A DNA stretch of 64,000 bases from an uncultured Candidatus Saccharibacteria bacterium (lineage in GTDB: Bacteria > Patescibacteriota > UBA1384 > DTJR01), in assembly GCA_964487045.1 (NCBI GenBank), contig CAZAOT010000001.1, forward strand, positions 70,745-134,744. The letters run 5' to 3'. How positions within the stretch are numbered: the first letter of the stretch is position 1; every line of letters starts with the position of its first letter. The notes under the pieces were generated by a model. That model was not told where the DNA came from. It was given only the letters and a program-made list of their open reading frames with translations, and made no database searches. A program made the translations under genes and the position numbers. This document shows positions 37,294 to 46,802 of the stretch, in pieces.

Positions 37294-39004
37294 TATGTAC
37301 CCCTTTTGTATTGGTATCTTTCTTTATTATCTCATTTGGCGAAAGGTCTGGGAAGATCTCCTTGGCGCGTCTCGTCAATGTTTCGCCGATTCCAGACATT
37401 CCAGTTTTCAGATTTGAGTCAAAGTAAAGCGGTGGCACTAAAATTTTCGAGACAGGAAAATCACTCTCTTTTTCGGAATTTTCAGCGCTTTTTCTTAAGA
37501 TCAATTCTCCAACTTCGTATATTTGCTGCTGAGCTGCCTGCGGGCCATAGGTAGCAATATCTCGAAGTGCGAATTCTCCTGGTCCGTACAGCGATGAACC
37601 GAGTGATGTGATTGGGCTTTCCAACTTAGGATAGTAACCTACCGCGCAAAGATAATTTTCAGTTCCTGGAGCGACTACTGAAGGCCAGTTGAAATCGTAT
37701 TCAAGAGAAATTTTTGTTGGAGGTTCGATCTTTTTATTGCTTGTTACATCGGTGCATTTTATTTCACCGGCTGAAGTAATATCAAATTCATACGGCTCAT
37801 TTTCTTTGCCTGTTGCTGGGGAGGGAGAGCCTTTGTAGTGAATGGTGACTTTATATTGTTTTGAAATATCAGTCATAATACGAAGCGATCCTTCTGAAAT
37901 TTGATTTTCATCGATCGCTTTCTGACTGGCCGGATCATCAAAAACAAGAGCTCCAGATGACGTACTATTCTTTAAAAGACTTTTGATTGCTTTAACTGCC
38001 CAGACGGCTGGGTTTAACTGGTATAATTTCTCAACGACATACATCGTGTAGGCGATCGGGATAATCGCTATTATGGCGCAGCAGGCGAGCCATTTGACGC
38101 CTTTTTTGGCGAGTCGATCAGCACTCTCTACGCCTTCTTTTATCTTTACGCCTTCTTTTCCAATTTTGATTGCTGTCTTGGCAACTTTGGGAGCGTTTTT
38201 GGCTACCTCGGTTGCCGCCACTGCGGCTAGAGACACACCAAGAGTTTCAGGGGCGGCGGCAATTTCTGCTCCTTCAGCCGCTGCTACAGCCCCTTCGCCA
38301 ATGGCTTCTGCGCCTTCAACTGCTTTTGCGCCCGCGTTGGCAGCCTGACCTCCGAGCTCAGCTACTTTTTCTCCAGCTCCTACGGCTTTACTGCCTGCGT
38401 CAGCTGCTTTCTCTCCAGCTCCGACTACTTTTCCGCCCGCGTTGGCAGCTTGCTCGGCTCCGTTTGCACCTTCTTGAATTCCTTCTGCGCCACCCGACAC
38501 GGCTTCGCCAGCCGGAGGAGTTTCTCCTGCGGGTGTCCCTGGCTCGGGCGCTCCCTCGGGTGTTTCAGCGTCAGGAGTTTCAGGATTTTCGCCTTGCGTA
38601 TTCCACTCAGGATGCTTTTCTCTAAAAGCCGCTAGGTTTTCGTCGTAGTTTTTATAGTAATCGCCAGCATTAGCCCTGGTCCCGTCGGCATTTCTCATCA
38701 CCTCATCCCTTATTCCTGGTCTTAGCCGTCCGTATTCGTCTTCATTTGGATTTTTGAGCGTTCCATCTTCCCTCTGATTGACTTTCTTCGAGCCATTCTC
38801 TGAATTTGGCTCGTCTGATTTATTTAACCCAAGCTTATCGCGAACAAATTTTTCTCCGCGACCTCGGTTGAAGGTACTATCAACATTTTTTAGATCATCG
38901 ACGCTGTCATATGCATCGCTAATAAAACCGCCATCATCATTATGCCTAGGGCTTCTTGCTTGTGCTTCTTCAAGTTCTCGTTGTCGCTGTTCGTCAACTA
39001 CCAT
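37280..39004 (-). CDS. Bitopic membrane protein (574 aa). Acidic/Pro-rich cytoplasmic N-region, Ala/Gly-rich repeats (GAGEKAADAGSKAVGAGEKVAELGGQAANAGAKAVEGAEAIGEGA), single TM, ~250-aa C-terminal domain.
   Basis: Read from translation; TM WLACCAIIAIIPIAYTMYVV. Overlaps its neighbours by 11 and 14 nt. Confidence 0.6.
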   Translation of the reverse strand: MVVDEQRQRELEEAQARSPRHNDDGGFISDAYDSVDDLKNVDSTFNRGRGEKFVRDKLGLNKSDEPNSENGSKKVNQREDGTLKNPNEDEYGRLRPGIRDEVMRNADGTRANAGDYYKNYDENLAAFREKHPEWNTQGENPETPDAETPEGAPEPGTPAGETPPAGEAVSGGAEGIQEGANGAEQAANAGGKVVGAGEKAADAGSKAVGAGEKVAELGGQAANAGAKAVEGAEAIGEGAVAAAEGAEIAAAPETLGVSLAAVAATEVAKNAPKVAKTAIKIGKEGVKIKEGVESADRLAKKGVKWLACCAIIAIIPIAYTMYVVEKLYQLNPAVWAVKAIKSLLKNSTSSGALVFDDPASQKAIDENQISEGSLRIMTDISKQYKVTIHYKGSPSPATGKENEPYEFDITSAGEIKCTDVTSNKKIEPPTKISLEYDFNWPSVVAPGTENYLCAVGYYPKLESPITSLGSSLYGPGEFALRDIATYGPQAAQQQIYEVGELILRKSAENSEKESDFPVSKILVPPLYFDSNLKTGMSGIGETLTRRAKEIFPDLSPNEIIKKDTNTKGVHIGFD

Positions 39005-39386
39005 TGTTAGCTTTATTTATTTCTTCTTTGAGGGCTTGCTCAAGGTAGATAAAAATATTTATTTGTAGATAAGCGAATATGTCCTTATTATTCTGGTTGG
39101 TAATTGCTTTCAAACAATTATTGACTGTCTTGTCTATAACAGATTCTCTAAACATAACATCTTGGTTAATAAAATAATTCCCATAAGCCAGCTCGAAGTA
39201 TGTTAAGGCCAACGATCGAATCTTTGATTTTAAGCTTCGTTGCTCAAGTATTTTTATAGAACCAAAATCTGTCCATCCAGCTCGTAAATATTCAGCATAA
39301 TCACATAATCTTGCAGTCTGCCGCGCTGCAATCTCTTCAAGGGCTATCCTATGCTGCAAAAGGTTTTTATCAGTTATTATTTTCAT
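38994..39386 (-). CDS. Small cytoplasmic hypothetical protein (130 aa)
   Basis: ORF translationally coupled in the operon (4-nt overlap upstream, 11-nt overlap downstream). Confidence 0.45.
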   Translation of the reverse strand: MKIITDKNLLQHRIALEEIAARQTARLCDYAEYLRAGWTDFGSIKILEQRSLKSKIRSLALTYFELAYGNYFINQDVMFRESVIDKTVNNCLKAITNQNNKDIFAYLQINIFIYLEQALKEEINKANNGS

Positions 39387-42349
39387 ATATTTCTTTCATT
39401 TGGGTTTCTTATTGTTGCAGCAGAGATTGCCCGTTTTAGTTCTTCAATAACTGGCCTATCAATTTCAGATCCATTTGGTAATCCAGCTATTTGGGCAGCG
39501 ATGAAGTCTTTAGCTTGCTTTAATTCTTCGGGGGGGACACTACTTGGATCCGTAGAATGTCTATCGAAAGTTTCGACAGACTTAATAATTTGTGGTACAG
39601 AGGCTCCTTGATTGATGGATAGTTTGCCGGCAATTCTAAGCACAGCTTGATTATCATCTTTTGCATGTGATGATCCCATGACTTTAATTGAAGCTGCTGA
39701 AACACCCAGGATTCGGTCTTCAAGTTCCTTGTCAATATTTCCATCAGGGTAAAACTCTTGCTTTACTTTTGTAAGTATTTCAGGAGCATTTGTTCCTCGC
39801 GATGCTTCGAGATCTTGTACGAGTTTTGATATCTCAGCCTTTTTGGATGGGTCTTTTCTGGTTAAAATGTTTCCTATTTCTGCTAATCCGATTTCAGTTT
39901 CATTATTTAAGCTGTCGATGTCTTCGGGCGATAGGTTATTTGATTGTTGAGCGCCTAGTAAACTCCTTATTCTTTCCAGGGGGTTACCTGTAGTAACTCT
40001 AAGTTGTGTTTTTAATCCACCTAAAGAATCGTTGATTTCTCTTAAATGTTGAGACACACCCGACAAACCTTCGGCAACCTCTGCTCCGTAGTCTTCTGGG
40101 ATATCAGCCCCTGGGCCGTCGCCGGAATAAAAATCCTGAAGGCTTGGGCCTCGACCGCCATTGGGCGCTCCGCTTGGTCCACCTGAAGTGGGTCCGCTAG
40201 CTCCTCCTGGGGGCGTTCCTCCTCCTTGCGGCCTAGGTCTTCTAGGTGTGGTTGGTGGGGTCGGAGATCCGTTATCTCCTAATATATATTCAACAACCTT
40301 TCTATTTACGAGAGCCTGCTGTGTCTCAATAGGAACGTGACTTCTAGCTTCCCTGGCTAATAATTTCTGAAGCTGATCAAAAAGAGGTTTCGCTAAGTTT
40401 AGGTTGTCTTCAAAAGTTCTTGCTTGTCCTCCAGCTTTCCATCTTTCACCCCTTTCGTTCTTGTTCCAATTTTTTCTCATTGCTGCAAAAACTCTTTGAT
40501 AGCCTGGCATATTGTCATCATTAACTCGTTCTTTTTGTAAAAGCTTAGTCATAAAATCAAATGCTTTTGCTTGTCTATCTGGATCATTTGCTGGGGCTAT
40601 TTCTCGTTCTATATTTCTAAGCAGGTTGACCAAAGCATATTTATACTCCTCTAGGTCGGATGATTTTTCAGTATGGGACAGATCGGAACCTAATCGTTCT
40701 ACCTCTGATTTAGTTCTTGCATAAGGACTAGCAAATCTCTTAAACGCCCAGTTCGTTCTTCTGCGCGCCTTATCCTCTTCTTTAGCATCTGATTCTGCAG
40801 ATTCTTTTATTGCACCCGCCCATCCAGAGATTAAACTTGCGGGGCCATACTGCTCAAGTGCAAACAAGGTTTTGTAAGGTAAGCTTCCTTGCAAATTATC
40901 GCTTAGCTGTTTCTCCCTAGATTCTTCTGCTTGAGTATAATAAGTTCGCAGTAATCCCGCTTCGGATGTATTCCTTACCTCATCTTCATTCTCGGAAAAA
41001 AATCGATTGGCTTCTATATCATCATGTTGATTTGGTTCCAGAGCATTGTTTTGGTATCTGTCGTAATATTCTTCTATTTGCTCATCCGAGATATTGCCTA
41101 TCGGAATATTCGCACCGAACATGTTCGTTCTGGCATTATCATCCTCGGCAAGTCTTTGCCTAAATCCTGAAATTTGATATTGACGGAGCGCTGCCTGGCC
41201 TTCATTACTCTGCAGTTTATCTCTTGCCGCATTATCGAATTTTCCTGCACTTCGTTCTTTCATCATGGTTGTACTAATACCTGCTTCCAAGCCGCGTCTT
41301 CTTTCGTATAATGCTCTTGGAATTTTCTTAGAATAATCTGCAACCGCAAGGCCTTTTTTGTATCCCGATGTTACTTGACCAGGAAGGGCAGCTATTGCTC
41401 CGCTAACATCTTTTTCCCACGTAAATGGTGCTCTGACTGCGAAGGCAAATAGAGCGATTTTTAAAACCATCGGTATTAGATTTCCAATTAAGCTCGACAG
41501 GAAGCCATCCCCGACTGCTCCTGCCATAGAAGGAATTAGTTTAGCTAGATAATAAATGACGGCGAGTAGTAGTGGATAATAAATCCAAAAAACAAGTATT
41601 TTCCACCATTTTTTAAACACCCCTTCGGTTTCAGGAAGAGCTGATAGGCCGACTGCAACTGGTCCAAAGGCAACGGCAAGTAGTACGATCCAAGGTCTTA
41701 GAGAATGAAATAAACCAAGCATTAAAAGTGCGCCTACTAAGAATATATTCATAATAACAGGCACAAGTGCTAGCAAACTACCGATGGCAAAGTTGAGAAA
41801 CATTGTTAGGAATCCCAGGATTGTGCTTCCCCCTGATGTTACAGCTAAGCCTCCGCCCACCATACTAATCCAATCCCACGAACCTGGTGGGTGGAAGATT
41901 GGTACGGCACTTTGGAGCGCATCGAGAATTGATGACATGATTGTAGCGATCGGGAGAAGTAAGTTTCCCAGGAACGCGGCAAAGATTAATTTGGGAATAA
42001 TTTTTTTAATCGCATAAGTTTCGATATTCAAATTGAGGATATTTCTGAAGGCTACATATATTAAAAATAGAAAAAGGCAGATATTAAGCAGCCCTCGTGA
42101 GAAGGAGTAGAGTCTAAAAAACCATTCGTTTGAAAGTTTACCAGTTGATACATTGATATTAGTGCCATTTAGCATTTTGGTCAGGAATTGCGGATCAGCA
42201 GCATAGGTTATGGATGGCCCGCTGCTAATAGCAATTGATTCACTGGAGTTTGCTTTTATATCAATTGAAATAAAATTCCAGGCCGCTAGAGCAATAATAA
42301 TAAATAGTAGTGAATATATCTTTTTCATTTTCGATCGATAATTAAGCAT
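39383..42349 (-). CDS. Large polytopic membrane protein (988 aa), paralog of 34159-37293; VirB6/TrbL-like core with a Gly/Pro-rich segment (PRRPRPQGGGTPPGGASGPTSGGPSGAPNGG) and a long C-terminal hydrophilic domain
   Basis: Signal peptide MKKIYSLLFIIIALAAW. TM core with conserved …ALPETEGVFKKWWKILVFWIYYP… (compare VMPQTQGLFRKWWTIMLIALFYTP in the paralog). Gly/Pro-rich tracts are typical of TrbL C-termini. Confidence 0.6.
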   Translation of the reverse strand: MLNYRSKMKKIYSLLFIIIALAAWNFISIDIKANSSESIAISSGPSITYAADPQFLTKMLNGTNINVSTGKLSNEWFFRLYSFSRGLLNICLFLFLIYVAFRNILNLNIETYAIKKIIPKLIFAAFLGNLLLPIATIMSSILDALQSAVPIFHPPGSWDWISMVGGGLAVTSGGSTILGFLTMFLNFAIGSLLALVPVIMNIFLVGALLMLGLFHSLRPWIVLLAVAFGPVAVGLSALPETEGVFKKWWKILVFWIYYPLLLAVIYYLAKLIPSMAGAVGDGFLSSLIGNLIPMVLKIALFAFAVRAPFTWEKDVSGAIAALPGQVTSGYKKGLAVADYSKKIPRALYERRRGLEAGISTTMMKERSAGKFDNAARDKLQSNEGQAALRQYQISGFRQRLAEDDNARTNMFGANIPIGNISDEQIEEYYDRYQNNALEPNQHDDIEANRFFSENEDEVRNTSEAGLLRTYYTQAEESREKQLSDNLQGSLPYKTLFALEQYGPASLISGWAGAIKESAESDAKEEDKARRRTNWAFKRFASPYARTKSEVERLGSDLSHTEKSSDLEEYKYALVNLLRNIEREIAPANDPDRQAKAFDFMTKLLQKERVNDDNMPGYQRVFAAMRKNWNKNERGERWKAGGQARTFEDNLNLAKPLFDQLQKLLAREARSHVPIETQQALVNRKVVEYILGDNGSPTPPTTPRRPRPQGGGTPPGGASGPTSGGPSGAPNGGRGPSLQDFYSGDGPGADIPEDYGAEVAEGLSGVSQHLREINDSLGGLKTQLRVTTGNPLERIRSLLGAQQSNNLSPEDIDSLNNETEIGLAEIGNILTRKDPSKKAEISKLVQDLEASRGTNAPEILTKVKQEFYPDGNIDKELEDRILGVSAASIKVMGSSHAKDDNQAVLRIAGKLSINQGASVPQIIKSVETFDRHSTDPSSVPPEELKQAKDFIAAQIAGLPNGSEIDRPVIEELKRAISAATIRNPNERNI

Positions 42350-42999
42350 GCTCCACCTTTGTATTCGTATTTCAGGTCATTGTTGTAGTTGGTCTGCAAT
42401 GCTGAGGCGTGAAAGGAGCAGGCGAGTTGTGCCAGAGGCTCCATAATCTTAGTTGTAATGAAGTTAGTAGCATCGCAAGTCATTTTCTCAATCGAATTTG
42501 ACCAGCTGCTGGAGAGTCCGGCCATTTCGCAAACGGTTTTGTTATTGTATGGACTATTGCGAGTGTCAACGATAGTCAATTCGTTGTTTGTAACTGTCCA
42601 GTCGAGAGGCCCGGCATTTGGTGCGGGAGTAATTGTGACCTTGTACCACCTAACGCCATTTTGGTCGACTGTCGAGACAGGTGTGCGGGCAGTCGATGGC
42701 GTCGTTAGGGTTGATGTGCCAGATTGAGTCGCACCTGGCGTTTTTGACTCTAGTGTATCAGCCGAGTCTGAAGAGGTGGGGCTTACTAGATCTCCAATTG
42801 GAAGCCCTGCGCCGGCGCTATTGTCAGCGCCCGGCTGCTCGGTGAAGAAACCGTCTATTGGAGAAGAGTCAGTTATTGGGCTTTCAGACGGGAGGGTAAC
42901 ATTGTCGCTTTTGCGAGAGTTAAGGTATACAAACACAACAGCGATTATCAAAATCACTGCCAATCCTAGAGCAATTTTTGCTTTATTAGATAGCTGCAA
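42325..42999 (-). CDS. Membrane-anchored secreted protein (224 aa). N-terminal TM, S/T-rich linker, C-terminal 4-Cys globular domain; first gene of the operon.
   Basis: TTG start preceded by GGGAGGGG. TM ALGLAVILIIAVVFVYL. Confidence 0.55.
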   Translation of the reverse strand: MQLSNKAKIALGLAVILIIAVVFVYLNSRKSDNVTLPSESPITDSSPIDGFFTEQPGADNSAGAGLPIGDLVSPTSSDSADTLESKTPGATQSGTSTLTTPSTARTPVSTVDQNGVRWYKVTITPAPNAGPLDWTVTNNELTIVDTRNSPYNNKTVCEMAGLSSSWSNSIEKMTCDATNFITTKIMEPLAQLACSFHASALQTNYNNDLKYEYKGGACLIIDRK

Positions 43000-43089
43000 A
43001 ACCCCTCCCTAAGTTACTTACTAATTTTACCATACAAATAGGACAAGAAAAACCGCATTTTATTCAAAATAACTGACTATAGGCCTCGG

Positions 43090-43119
43090 TTTACAATCTT
43101 GTCGAAATTGGACTAAAAT
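43090..43119 (+). promoter_or_regulatory. Candidate sigma70 promoter TTTACA-18-TAAAAT for the glycan-locus operon
   Basis: Hexamers read directly in the divergent intergenic region. Confidence 0.35.
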
Positions 43120-43166
43120 AGGTCAAACTCTTTAATTCTCTTCCTATATATAGTAATCTTTAGCAG

Positions 43167-44642
43167 ATGAGTTACACAAAAAAAGTTGCTTTTAGCACAG
43201 CATCCCAGTTTGTCGGTAAATTCGCTGGGATAGCGATCTCTCTGGTTACAATTGGAATTTTATTTAGATTTTTAGGAGTCGAGGGATCGGGAAAGTACAC
43301 TACTACATTTGCCTTTACCTCATTTTTCGCTTTATTTGCCGATATAGGGCTTGGCTGGACTCTGCTTCGAGAACTCTCAATCAAGCAGACGAAAGAAGAA
43401 AAGAGTAAGGTTTTTAAGAATATCTTTACCTTAAGAATCATCTTAGGTATTGCGGTCTATGCAATTGCTTCAGCTTTGGTCTGGGCTTTTAATTATCCGA
43501 CAGACGTAAAAATGGCAGTTGGAGTTTTGGCGATCGCTTGGTTTTTCCAGTCACTAACTTCGAGCGTTGTTCAGATCTACCTCAATACTTATCGAATGGA
43601 TATTGCCGTTATGGGAGAAGTGGTAGGCAAGGCGTTCATATTGCTCTTTGTCTATCTCGCCTCAACTTCAGGGGGCAACCTAATTTCGGTCATGTTCGCT
43701 TATTTAGTGGGATGTTTTGTAAATTTTGTGATCGTTTGGCTCTTAGCTGGTAGATTCATTCCCACCGGGCTGGCTTTCGACAAAACCTATTGGCGCTATG
43801 CCCTGCGTCAGGCTATTCCGATTGGGATTACTTTGGTCTTTGGCTATGTTTATTACAAAGTTGACTCCCTGATGCTCTCTCTTCTTAAAGGAATGACCGA
43901 TGTAGGAATTTATGGCGCCCCTTACAAATTACTTGAAGTATTGCAAATGTTTCCCGCGCTATTTTTGGGAGCTTCATTCTCGCTTATAACCAAATACGTG
44001 ACCGATAAAGATGAGCGTGTAAACTCAGCTTTTCAGAAACAATTTGATTTTCTTTCGACAATTGCCTGGCCAGTTGTGATTGGAACTTTCGTGCTGGCTC
44101 TGCCGATAATTAAATTTATAACGGGCTCGGATGGCCAATTTGTAGACGCTTCGACAGTTACCATCCTCGGACTGCCTATGACTTCGGTAATATGTCTTAA
44201 GATCTTAATTTTCTCAGTTGGTGTCAATTTCTTCAGTTCGCTTTATAATTTTATGATCGTATCACTCGGTAAGCAAAAACAAATGGTCTGGCCGACAATC
44301 GGTTTTGCGCTTTTTAATGTAGCTTTGAACTGGTTCTTAATTCCAAGATACAGCTATATTGGAGCATCGGCAGCGACACTTCTGACTGAGGGCATGGTTC
44401 TCCTGACGACCTACTTTATTGCCAAGAAAAATATTTTTCTGCCGCTTCAATTTAATAATTTTGTTAAAATTGCTCTTAGCGCCATTGCGATGGGAATTGC
44501 GACCCACTACACTTATCAGTTGACCGGAGGATTATTCTTAAGTATTGTTGCCGCGCTTGTCGTCTATGGAGTGTTGGCGCTTGCTCTTGGCATAGTCCCA
44601 CAGGAGTTATTAAATAAAGTATTTAAATTTAAAAAATCATGA
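43167..44642 (+). CDS. Polysaccharide biosynthesis flippase (Wzx-like, MOP superfamily)
   Basis: ~12-14 predicted TM helices over 491 aa, MOP-flippase-like organisation. First gene of the glycosyltransferase cluster. Confidence 0.75.
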   Translation: MSYTKKVAFSTASQFVGKFAGIAISLVTIGILFRFLGVEGSGKYTTTFAFTSFFALFADIGLGWTLLRELSIKQTKEEKSKVFKNIFTLRIILGIAVYAIASALVWAFNYPTDVKMAVGVLAIAWFFQSLTSSVVQIYLNTYRMDIAVMGEVVGKAFILLFVYLASTSGGNLISVMFAYLVGCFVNFVIVWLLAGRFIPTGLAFDKTYWRYALRQAIPIGITLVFGYVYYKVDSLMLSLLKGMTDVGIYGAPYKLLEVLQMFPALFLGASFSLITKYVTDKDERVNSAFQKQFDFLSTIAWPVVIGTFVLALPIIKFITGSDGQFVDASTVTILGLPMTSVICLKILIFSVGVNFFSSLYNFMIVSLGKQKQMVWPTIGFALFNVALNWFLIPRYSYIGASAATLLTEGMVLLTTYFIAKKNIFLPLQFNNFVKIALSAIAMGIATHYTYQLTGGLFLSIVAALVVYGVLALALGIVPQELLNKVFKFKKS

Positions 44643-45730
44643 AAGTAGCAATTGATATTCAAACGACTCTAGGCAAGCCAACTGGCTTTGGTTTCTACGT
44701 ATCCAATCTAGTGGAAGCTTTAAAGAAGAGGACTGATAAGGATTTGGAGCTGGAGCTTATCAGTCCAAACTATGACCGCGATTTCTCTACACCACAGAGA
44801 TTTTACTGGGACCAATTTACTTATCCAAAAATCGCTAGAGCCAAGAAAGTCGATATTTTGCACCAACCTTGCTTCTCGGCGCCGCTTTCTTTCAATAAAC
44901 CGGTGGTTGTAACCATCCACGACATCATCAGCCTACTTTTTCCCGAGACCATTCCGTTTGCCTCTAGAATGTTTTATTCCAAATGGATGCCTTTTTCCTA
45001 CCGGAAAGCTTCTAAAATTATCACAATCTCTCAGTCTACGAAGCGAGACATTGTAAGAGTTTTAGGAATTCCCGAGAGTAAAATTACGGTTATTCCGCTT
45101 GGCTTTGATAAAAAAATGGAGGAGCGTCAGAGCAAAAATAAGATCGAGGAAGTGAAGAAGAAATATCACCTACCTCAAAATTATCTTCTCCACATTGGTA
45201 CTCTAGAGCCGCGAAAAAACCTCGATTTCTTAATTGATGTTTTTGCTGAAGTAATTCAAAAGGATGATAAAAATGATCTTCATCTTGTGATCACTGGCAA
45301 GAAGGGCTGGTATTATGAGGGCTTGTTTGAAAAGGTTAAAAATTTGTCTTTAGAGAAGAGGGTTATCTTTACCGGATATATTGACGAGGAAGATAAGGCG
45401 GCCATCTATCAGGGTGCTCGAATATTTACTTTCCCGTCGATTTATGAGGGCTTTGGTTTGCCACCACTTGAGGCGATGGCCGCCGGAATTCCGGTAATTT
45501 CTTCTAATACATCATCGATGCCCGAGGTAATTGGTGACGCTGGAATTTTGATCTCGCCATATGATAAATCGGCTTGGGTGAAGGCAATTTGCGACGTTGA
45601 TTCAAGTGAAAAACTGCGATCCGAGATGATAAGGAAAAATCTTGACCAAGTTAAAAAATTTTCGTGGGATAAAACCGCAGAAAAAACAATCGAAATATAT
45701 ACAAAGGTGTTCAATGAGCAAAAAGCCTAA
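44639..45730 (+). CDS. Glycosyltransferase family 4 (GT-B fold)
   Basis: C-terminal EX7E region …[36 protein letters not shown]…. Confidence 0.85.
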   Translation: MKVAIDIQTTLGKPTGFGFYVSNLVEALKKRTDKDLELELISPNYDRDFSTPQRFYWDQFTYPKIARAKKVDILHQPCFSAPLSFNKPVVVTIHDIISLLFPETIPFASRMFYSKWMPFSYRKASKIITISQSTKRDIVRVLGIPESKITVIPLGFDKKMEERQSKNKIEEVKKKYHLPQNYLLHIGTLEPRKNLDFLIDVFAEVIQKDDKNDLHLVITGKKGWYYEGLFEKVKNLSLEKRVIFTGYIDEEDKAAIYQGARIFTFPSIYEGFGLPPLEAMAAGIPVISSNTSSMPEVIGDAGILISPYDKSAWVKAICDVDSSEKLRSEMIRKNLDQVKKFSWDKTAEKTIEIYTKVFNEQKA

Positions 45731-46802
45731 AATTATATTCATTTCCGAATCTATCAGGCGAGACTCCCATGCTCCAATGAGATTTTTTAAAGAGCTTGAA
45801 GTTGTCCATCTCTATCTAAATGCTCCTTATGGCGATATGTCGCAAGATGACCTTGAAGGTGCAAGACAAGTGAAAATCGAAAATTTATTGCAAGAATTGA
45901 TCGCTGAGAAACCAGACATTATCCAAGGCGCTGAACCATTTGGCTCAAGGCTAAGTCTAAAGCTTGCGAATATTTGCCTTAAAGCTTGCCAAAAGACAGG
46001 AGCAAAACTGGTTGTGCCAATTCTAGAAAATCGGCCACTTAGCGAGAGATTTAATTTGGTTCAACGAGCAGTGCTTAGAGCTTTCTGTCCTGGCTATTTC
46101 AAATTTGCTAGTGCGGTGGTTGTCTTGAACAAAGGCGCGAAAGTCAATGTCAAAGCTTACGCCAAAAATGCCAAAATAATTGAAGGAATTGTTTGGGGGG
46201 TGTGGGGAGTTGATACAGATCTTTTCAAAAAAATTGCAGAAAAAGAGAAGAATAGTTTGATCTATGTGGGGCGCTTGGTAGAGGACAAGGGGCTAAAGTA
46301 TATGCTCGAGGGTTTTGCAAAATCTTGTGAAAAAATATCAGATTTAAAGCTTAGGCTGGCTGGACGAGGGGACTATGAAGAGCAGATGCGCAGTTTTATC
46401 AAAGAAAGAAATTTAGAGTCAAATGTGAAATTCTTAGGCTTAGTCAAAAATACCGAATTGCCAAAATATTTCTCAAAAGCGGAGCTTTGTATCTATCCTT
46501 CGATTACAATGAAGCGTTGGGAAGAACAGGTTGGCACGGTTAATTTTCAGGCAATGGCCTGTGAGACGCCAGTCGTGACGACTAAAAGTGGCGCAATTCC
46601 TGAATACATAAAGGACGGTGAGGGAGCATTTCTTGTCAAAGAAAAAAGTGCGGAAGCGATTAGCGTAGCAGTCTTAGATTATTTTTCAGATCGAAAGCGG
46701 ATGCTGGAGGTGCAGAAGCGAGCCAGAAATTTTGTGATGAGATATGATATAAGAAGCGAGATTGCCAAAGCGGAAAAATTATTACTTGAAATAATAAAGT
46801 GA
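45714..46802 (+). CDS. Glycosyltransferase family 4 (second paralog)
   Basis: …[18 protein letters not shown]…[20 protein letters not shown]… Start taken at MSKKPKIIF, preceded by AAGGTG; the track start is 45642. Confidence 0.75.
   Translation: MSKKPKIIFISESIRRDSHAPMRFFKELEVVHLYLNAPYGDMSQDDLEGARQVKIENLLQELIAEKPDIIQGAEPFGSRLSLKLANICLKACQKTGAKLVVPILENRPLSERFNLVQRAVLRAFCPGYFKFASAVVVLNKGAKVNVKAYAKNAKIIEGIVWGVWGVDTDLFKKIAEKEKNSLIYVGRLVEDKGLKYMLEGFAKSCEKISDLKLRLAGRGDYEEQMRSFIKERNLESNVKFLGLVKNTELPKYFSKAELCIYPSITMKRWEEQVGTVNFQAMACETPVVTTKSGAIPEYIKDGEGAFLVKEKSAEAISVAVLDYFSDRKRMLEVQKRARNFVMRYDIRSEIAKAEKLLLEIIK

Noticed and set aside
34159-42349. Assigning the operon to ComEC/competence or to a type VII (EccD-like) system
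   Set aside because: No ComEC signature (metallo-beta-lactamase or competence domain), no FtsK/SpoIIIE ATPase and no WXG100-like small proteins nearby. The signal-peptide + multi-TM + long tail architecture with Gly/Pro tracts fits VirB6/TrbL better, though this remains a hypothesis.
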